From contig QZKH01000005.1 of assembly GCA_003598025.1 (NCBI GenBank), positions 4,682 to 68,681 of the forward strand: a DNA stretch of 64,000 nucleotides, read 5' to 3'. Made by a program: the position numbers and the translations under genes. Shown here one piece after another: positions 54,001 through 63,000 of the stretch (position 1 is the first letter of the stretch; each line of letters opens with the position of its first letter). This DNA is from Candidatus Omnitrophota bacterium. Its GTDB lineage: Bacteria > Omnitrophota > Gorgyraeia > Gygaellales > Profunditerraquicolaceae. The notes below the pieces were generated by a model. That model made no database searches, was not told the origin of the DNA, and saw nothing but the letters and a program-made list of their open reading frames with translations.

Positions 54001-57000
54001 GGTAAGCTTGTCCCCCTTAGAGAAGCATTTGCCTCTATTGAGGATAGTTACTCTAGGTTTCATCGGGAAGCGGCGCCGTTAATTGCAGGCAGCCCGTCGG
54101 TAAATAAATCATCGGTATTAAGTTCGCTGACAATGAACCGACTGGGCAGAGACGGCAGAAGCGGTTATGCATCCAGGATGCGCGTATTAAGAGGAAAGCT
54201 TGATATAGCTAACGCAGCAGTAGCCAGGCGTGTTACCGCAGAGGCTGTAGAAGAAATAGCCAGGAATATCAAAGATGCAGAGGCTATCCTTAGGCAATAT
54301 AGCCTTGCCTGGGTAGAGGCATTAAGAGAAAACTTGCTGGAATTACGCGTGCATGCGCAGGATTTGTTGAATAACAAGCATCCGGATTATCTCAGCTATC
54401 CGGTTTTTCAGGAAACAGTTCTTAACGCAGGCCAGATATGTGAACAGATTAGCGGCTTCCGGGATGCAAACAACACTTTCCTTATAGAACTCTCGAGATT
54501 AAACAGTGATATAGTGGGTCAGATAGAGGGTACCCATGAAGAAGTGCCAATAGGCTTTATCGAAGAATTCGCCAGGCTGCAGGATCATACAAGGAATACA
54601 CTTCTGGAATTTTCATCGCAGGAGGATTGGCAGGATGCACTTACCAAGCATGGCGAGCTGTTGGTAGGACTTCAGAGAATGAACTCTTTTGAGAGGGCTA
54701 TAAGGAATTTAAGGAGTGAGATTGATTTTTTAAGGCAGTTACAAGGGTGGCATTTTTCTCCGGAAGTTGAAGATCAAGAGCGGGAATCCAGAGGTAGGCA
54801 GACCTCTGCCCTGGAAGAGGCAGAGTCTGTTATAAATGGTATTGCTACAGGCTATGCATCCCCTTATTTGCTTGGAGCAAAGTTAGAAGAGTTTGTAGAA
54901 AATTTACCGCGTATCAATGAGTTGATAGATGAAGCGGTGTGCGGTTTGATGGGTATTATAAAAGCAAAGAGGGATTTTATAATACCTCAGTTTAGAGTCA
55001 TACATGAGATGATCAGGGCGCTTAGGGCATGGATAGTTGAAGATTTATCTCCAAGATTTTCCGGAGACCAGGCAACATTAACTAGGAGCAAGAGGGTATT
55101 TGATGATCTGGAATCTTTGTTTACCTCTCTGTTTGCTAATCTAGACCAGTGGGGAAATGACTTGGGGCAAACGGAGTACGCAAGAGTAAATAATGAGTTG
55201 ATTCAGTTAGTCGCTTCATTCGACGGACCCATGGATGGGTTGCATGCGGCTCTATTTAACTTGGTAGATTCAGAAAATAATACTATCGGGGATAAACTTC
55301 TAAGGACATGCAGGGGCATAGTAACCCATTATGTAACCGGGCATCAACTTCAGGGAGTGATGCGGCAGATACCGTATAATATTATTTTTGACGTGTCTGG
55401 CGACGCATATGGATACCCTGTGGAAGTCAGAAGAATAAGAGTTGTCGCTGGCCGTTCGTATGATACGCTTTTAAGCGACTTAGTCGGCAGGGATGACCAG
55501 GTCAGGGCTGTGCAAGATGAATATAAAACCTCTATGAAGAAATGGCAGAATTTTAAGGGAAGAGGAGAATACCCTTCGGCTGAATTTGCTTTTATGATAA
55601 AAGATGCCTTTAGCTATTATATCCGGCTGATACAGGATACATCTGCTCGGCCGCTTAGGCCTGCTTCAGAAGTATTACAGGCTTATTATCAGAAGACTTT
55701 TGCTCAAGTGAAGCGTGTTTTTGATGCTTTACCTCTTGAACAAAATATTCTGGCTCCAGGTGAATATCGTGTTGGCGGAGGCATGCGTAATGAAGAGATG
55801 AAAGAAAAAGGGTTAGTAATACTCTTGTCTATGTTGAGAGATATTTCTGCAACTATAGAAGATATGCCTGACCCGGTAAGGATTAATTTTGAGTCGGAAG
55901 ATGAAGCTCTGGCGTTTTTAAGGGTAAGCTTAGAAGACCTGGAAGGAGATGCCCCAGTTTCTACTACCTCCTCCAGCCCCCTGAAGCCAGGACCGTTTTT
56001 GTCATTGACCACAGAAGTGTCTTCGGATGCCACTTTATCTCCGTTGGATGGGAGGCTAAGTATTTCCCGCAGAGCATTCTTTGTGACTGCTGCAGTAGCT
56101 TCGGTTACAGCCGCATTTCTAGGCGGCAGAAGAGCAGAACATCTTGCGCAGGAGAAGGCGCAGAAAATGCCGGGCAGCTTACGCCTGTTTAATGAATTTT
56201 CCGCGCAACGGCAGACCGTTCTCTTTATTCACGGCGGACTGGGTAGTGATTGTTCTTGCTTTGAGCTTTTTGTTGAACGCTTCAAGGATACGTTTAATCT
56301 CGCGGGATTTGATTATGACGATAGCCTGCCATTGGAAGCGGTATCCCGGAGATTCTCCGGGGAGGTTTTGAATGTGCGCCGCGCGCCGTCAATACCCGGT
56401 GGCTTAATCATCATCGCATACTCTTGCGGCACTACCATAGTCAGGGACGCAGTGCTTAACCGGAATCCCGGCAGAAAGTTATTTAAGGAAGATGCGGTTA
56501 TAGAGATTGCTCCTATTTTAGGCGGTTCTGCCAAAGCGCTGGGAGCTGGTTCAGGTTTGAAACAAGGCGTGTTGCATATTGATGAGTTATTTGGAGGGAT
56601 ATTCGGTATCAAAGGCAGCCCGGAATTAGCCAAGACTACAGATCCGAGCTGGTTTATCCAACAGGCATTATTTAACGAAGAGGCCTGTGATACTTTTGCT
56701 GTAAGCATTGGTAAGCATATTATTATCAGGGATGAGAATGATTCGCATGCCCCTTTTAACTTAGAGGATTCTCCTAGCAAAAGGGAGTTCTTGCGTTTAT
56801 ATGAGAACGGCCTGACCCGCGCGCCGGTTGTGATTAACTTACAATCCGTTGACGGAAAGAGTATGCATAGCAAAATGCTGAAGCAAAAGCCGGTGGTAGA
56901 CTTGGTTGAAGAGTTATTAATTCCTAAAGCTCAAGCTGTGCCTTTGTCCGTAAAGAATTCATCGAGTTCTCCTGTGCAGAAGGCGGGCGCGTTGTTACGT

Positions 57001-60000
57001 AGTTATTCACACGTAATGTTCTTTATGGATAAAGACGGCGTAGTGACTGATAATAATAGTTTCATCACGGAAGATATGTTGAGAGCGATATTTGAACTCT
57101 TAATTAAAGGTGCTTATATTTATATTATCACCGGAGGTACATTTGAAAACAGTATTCATAATGTCATTGAGCCCCTTGAAGAATTCGCCAATACTTTAGC
57201 CCGACCGGAGCTCTTAAATCATTTAGTTTATTTTGTTATGAATGGCAACTATGAGATTAGTTGGCACGATGGAATTCGTTCAGAGCGTTTCTGCGGAAAA
57301 GCGATTAGCGCTGGCGATGCAGGTAAATTAGCAAAGGCTTTTTCAATAGCTTTTATTGAAAAAGCCTCTAAGAAATTATCGCTACACGATAAAGGAATAT
57401 CGCAGGCAATTTATGACGCAGAAAATTTTGAGCAAGTAGCGACTCTTCTTTTAAGGTTCGCCGGTTTTTATCCGGCGGAAATTGGTCACGTGCGGGTTGA
57501 GGCAGGGCAGATACAAGATAAGCGTGCTGTGCGTACCTGTTCTATGGTGCTTGAGTTGAACAAATCCCCAGAACTTCAATCAAGCCGCTCGTTACAAAAT
57601 ATTGATCTTATGCGTGAAATACAAGCACGAGCTAAGGATTTGTTACCGCCTCAATTAATCTCCAGCGGACATATGTTCTTGGGGCCGACGTTTTTATCAT
57701 TCCAAACCTTATTAAAAGAGGATGTGTTGGCGGCTGTAACTTCTCGCTTTCCAACGGAAGCACGAATCTTCCGGGTTGGCGCCGGTGATACTGAGGTTGA
57801 TCTTGCTTTCCTCTCTAAGATTGCTGAAACACAAGGGTATGCGTATTTTGTTGGTGAGAGTATAGGAAAGCTGCCCAAAGGCGTAGTTGCTACTCGCTTG
57901 CGTGGCCCACCTGCACATTTGTTAGAACTCCGCGCTCTCGGCCGGGCGATTAGATTACAAGCTAGCAAAGAGATTGAAGTTGATTTAAGTGTATTATCTC
58001 GCCACCAAAGAATTACCTCAAGTTCTCCTATCCTTGGAAAGAATTTCTATGCTTCACCAAGTTCATCACGATTGCCGAATACAGAATACGCAGAAGTATA
58101 TAAAGGGAACGGTTCTATTTCTTTCGATGGCGCCAGCTCGCCCCTCGGAGAAACATCTCGGGGCGAAGCCTCGCCCGTTTCGCCAGCAAAGCTGGCGAAT
58201 GAGGCGGGCTCGCCGGTAGGGCCTATGTTTTTTCTGCTCAGAAGAAAGATTAGAAGATTGCAGCGTTCATTAGAACAGGTAATCGCCATTATCAAAAGAG
58301 AAGAGCAAAAAGCAGGGCAGCTGGATTTAGTGAAGATATATATCGTGGGAAGCTTTGCCAATGGAAAGTTAAAGAGGACTTCTGACCTTGATCTTGTATT
58401 TGAACCTACGCAACGAATGTTTGGGATATTCGGTAATATCTGGTGGGCATATTTAGATGAGTGGACAGAAGAAATCGAAAGCTCTATCAAGGAGATCGAT
58501 GTTGCCGGGTATCATGCACCGTATGGACGGTACACTCTTGTGGACAGGAATCGCTGTGCGGAGGATCACACGTATTTAGAGGGTCTTTATCGGGATTCGT
58601 TTCGCTCGCCTACAGGCGTCAACGCACAAGAACAAGGAGCCCCTATCTCTAAAAAGAGATACTCAAGGACAGAGGTATACGCTGGGGTATTAGCGGCAAG
58701 ATTATCTTTTGGCAGCAGAGTTATTGATTTAGGTTGCGGTAAAGGCAAACTCGGGTCTTTATTATCGGCAGATAGCGGGATTTCTTACGTAGGGATTGAC
58801 TTGAAACTAAGTAGGTTGCTCCGTGCAAAAAAACAAACTCCAACGGGTAAATTAATTTGTGCGAATGCCTCTTATTTGCCTATCGAATGCAACTCAGCAG
58901 ATGCAGTTGTGTGTATGCATATGATCGAACACTTGGATGAATCAGAAAGACGCCAGCTGTATTCTGAAATAAAACGAATAATAAACAAGGGTGGATATGT
59001 ATTAATTGAAACACCTATACAATCTCCCGGATCCAGATGTTTAAAATTCTTGAAGATTTTGTTCGGGGCAATCCCGCGAAGATCTCTTGATGAGACCGGT
59101 TTTTCAAAGTCGCATCGAGTTTGGTTTACCGAAGAACAATTGTCAAAGGAATTAGAAGAGAATGTATCCCCCTATGAAATAGTCGATCAGAATTATTATG
59201 TGTTTCATACAGTTATTTTTCCGCGAGGATGGTTTTTTGAGTCGGTGCAGAAGGTTCTAGACAGAATTGATAAGGGCAGCCTCATTAAGAGAAGAATCGC
59301 ATTAAGCAAATACGTTTTACTTAGAAACATTGGTTCGAAGGACGGTGAGCTAGGCGAACAACAAACGAAAGCGCGTCGAACCACCAGCTCGCCGGTGCGT
59401 GAAGATAAAGTTGAGACCCAAGTTATTCGGGAACTGAAACCAAAACTTAATTTTATTGAATCGAATCCGTTTTTGCTAGCTTTTGTAGGGGTAATTTTTG
59501 GAGCATTAGGAACGGTCTTCGGAAAAATTCTGGTAACACAGGCACCACCTGAGATTTATTTGATTTTCTTCTATCCTTTTGCATATCTATTGGTTTCAGT
59601 TATGTTCGCTTTATTTGGAAAAGAAAACAGAGGAATGCTGCAAAAGGCATTCCCTGAAAAATATTCTTGGCAAAGATTGGATAGCCGACGCTGGAAGCTC
59701 GCAATCATCTTAAATTCTCTTTTGTTATGCGTAGTAACCCCTATCTGTTATTTTGTCGGCTTAAAATTAATCTCGCCAATAAGCGCAAGCGTTATTTCCC
59801 AGCTTATGCTTATTTTCACCATAATCTTGTGTAACTTATTTCTAAAAGAGAGGATAGGTTTATCAAAAGCTTCGGGGGCTATGCTGGTTGTAGCTAGCGT
59901 GCTCTTTGTGATTATTGAGCCCGAGATTAATTCGCCTTCTGGAATATCCCTATTTAGCTTGTTTAATTCATTTAAGAACGTGGGCACCATACTAATTTTG

Positions 60001-63000
60001 TTAAGTTGTCTTTCACTTAGTATCCAGCAGGTTATCGGGCGCCTAATCGTTACTACGCTTAAGAAAGAGGATAGTAATATTCAGATTTCACTAATGAAAA
60101 TAGGTTATCTTTTCGGCATGATATTTATGCTGCCTTTCTTTTTGTTGTGGAACTTTATATGGAATAATCTCGATTTTGTTTCTTTATGGAGTAGCTACTC
60201 GGAGGCATTAACGCATTATCTATTTGCGCTGATTCTGGTTAATGTTGTACTTTTTACTACACATTGGTATATAAGATACAAAATACAAGGGGTTAGCCGG
60301 TTCCATCAGTCCACTTTTGCTACAGTGTTAGCGACCTCTCCCGGTTTTGTCTGTTTTTTTTCCTACCTTATATTAAATAATGTTGCGATTTCAGGTTTAG
60401 TGTTATTAGCTGTTGGTACGGTTTTCTTGGGAGTGATTCTATCTTCGGATCCGTTTTTAATACTAAAGGCAAAGCAAAGCTATAATTATCAAATCCTGCA
60501 ATGGGCAGGGCGAAAGAAGACGATAACCGAAAGAGTCCAGTTGATTTATAATGCGCGCGTGGAGACTAAAACCAAGCAAATGAAACTCACGGATTATATT
60601 GAAAGAGAATTGATTTCTCGTTTGCCAGCCGGGACAAAATTAAAATCCATAGTAGTACGCGACAGTTTCCTTTGGTCTCCTCAACCGGATGATATTGATA
60701 TTTATGTGGTAGTTGAGGAACCGACGGATGTGGCTATGCCCCACAATAACATTGCTTTTAAACAGGCAAAAGAAGAAACTGCCCCGAAGCTAGCATTTTC
60801 GTTAGGCGCTTCACTCGAAAGTATCAATAAGATAGACCTCTGGTGCGTGGGTTTAAAACATCTTCAGGGCAACCCTTTACAGCGGGCTTGGGTATTAAGA
60901 CGAGGAGTTACTATATATGGGGATAATTTATTTGACAAGTTTAATGATGATCCGGTGTATAGATACTGGGTTGTAGAGAGGGCCTTAGAGCAGGTAGATG
61001 AGGAGATAAAAAATGGAGATGTGCGTAAAATAATTCATAGGTTAATGTTGGCCGTATTTTCTTTAGGCGAGATCGATAATTCATATCGGCAGGAAGCAAG
61101 GGGTATAGTCACAGGCTTATGCCAACAAATATACAACATGCCGGTTGATTCGAAGGCAAGAGAATGTCTTTTTGCTGAAATGCAGGTTTGTTATGAAAAG
61201 GTTAGGGATAGATTTAATCATCTGGAAGATGCGGAAAGGGTAAATAGCGCAAGGTTAGCAAAGGAATTTACCACTTTATGGAGACGATGGAAAAAGAAAG
61301 GCTTCCCCCCGGGAGAATTTGACGCGGATGGTTCTTTTACGGCGCAGGCGGAGCGCACTCTATCAATATATCCTAATAGCAAGCAATGGGTGCTTGATAT
61401 GATACGTTGTGATATTAATAATTTCCCAGTTGAAGAGATTGAACAGCTGCGGCTTGATGCTAAAGTGAAGCGTTTGTTATCTTCTCCAGTAGCATTATTT
61501 TATAATAAAGGGGATGGTTCTATTTTTTCTAACGGCGCCAGCTCGCCCGTAAACAGCAGATTTATTGATTTATTAAGCCATATTAATGATCCGCGCCAGT
61601 ATGACGTTAACCTCCTTGATCAGGAACATGTTCTCTCAAGCAGCGCTTTCATCCGCGAAGGCGCCAAAGGGTTAAAAGGAAATGCGCTGCTTTTGGGGTT
61701 GGGTAATGCCCATGAGTATACCATAGAGGTGTTAGCTGATCTTTATAGACAATTTGATAAGCTTATCATTGTAGATTTGGATGAAAACACTATCCAGCGG
61801 ACGCTGGGGAGGCTTGATAAGCATCTGAGGCGAAGCGGCGTATCGCTGGATCAGGCAAAAATCGAGATTAGAATAATGGATTTAAGCGGAGTGATAGGGG
61901 CTATGGCGATGCTTGTGGACGATATAATCGCGCGCGAAAGGAACCTCCAGGTAATCCAGCATCAAATTCTGCGTCTTCTTAGTGAACCACCGGAAGCGTT
62001 TGAGGTGTCTTGTGCAAAGGCCGCTGGTGCCTCTTATGTTGTTTCTTCCCTTGTTGCGACACAGCCTGCCAAGTTACTCGATGCATATATTGTAAGCATG
62101 ATTGAAGAGAAATTTGGATTAGGCTCTGCAGATTCTTTTGTCCTTTCAGAACAGTTTAGGGTCAGAAAAGCAAAATTTGAATCTCAGCTTCATCAGAAAC
62201 ACGTGCAAGATTTGATGCGGTGGGTAGATAAGCACGGATGCATTTATTTTTCCGATTCGTTTGCTGAAACTAATTTAAGGTATAGCCCGGGAAATATACA
62301 GCCTCTCAGTATTGTTAGCCCTGTGCTTACCTTAATCGATGATAGTGTGGTCAATACATTGCAAAGGCTGTGTGAAACAGAAAAATCAGGAGAATGGTGG
62401 TACCTTTACGATTCTGATCTTATCAGATTTGGAATTGGAAGCGCATTTTATGTGAAGGCGTGGATTTTTAAGCCCAGGGATATAGGAGAAGCTCTTGAAA
62501 CTAATCCGGAGGTTGCTCCCCGCGTTTCCTCGCCCCTGGCGCCAGCATTGTTGCGCATAGGCACTCGTTGGGTTCCGCTTGCTGCCGCAAGTTCTCCGCT
62601 GGCAAGAGATGGCGACTTGAGTTTTAAAATTGAAACTGATGATTACGCAGTTGTATTTGATACCCTTTATTCACTAAAGAACCGCGGCAATATTATTGAA
62701 TTTTCTCAAATTCAGGATGCTTTTGTAAGTCAAAAACCCCAGAAAAAAACAAATTCCGTAAGAATTGTGAATAGGGTCCTTAAATCATTCATCCAGGCCG
62801 GTCTCGCCCAAGAAGTCGGCTTTGGGTATAGCGCGACTATAACAGATGGGGATGAAATCAAGGGTATCCTTAGCGACATTGAGCATCAATCAAAGTTATC
62901 AGAGGAAAAGCTTAAAGAGATAGCATCCGGTTGGTTTCTTGATGTGGGTGAAATAACCCTTTATCACTCTGCTACGTTAGAAAAAATACTTAGTATCATC

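Noticed and set aside
57898-57912. LRGPP as an arrest motif
   Set aside because: It falls in the C-terminal part of the HAD-IIB domain rather than in a spacer, so it was not counted
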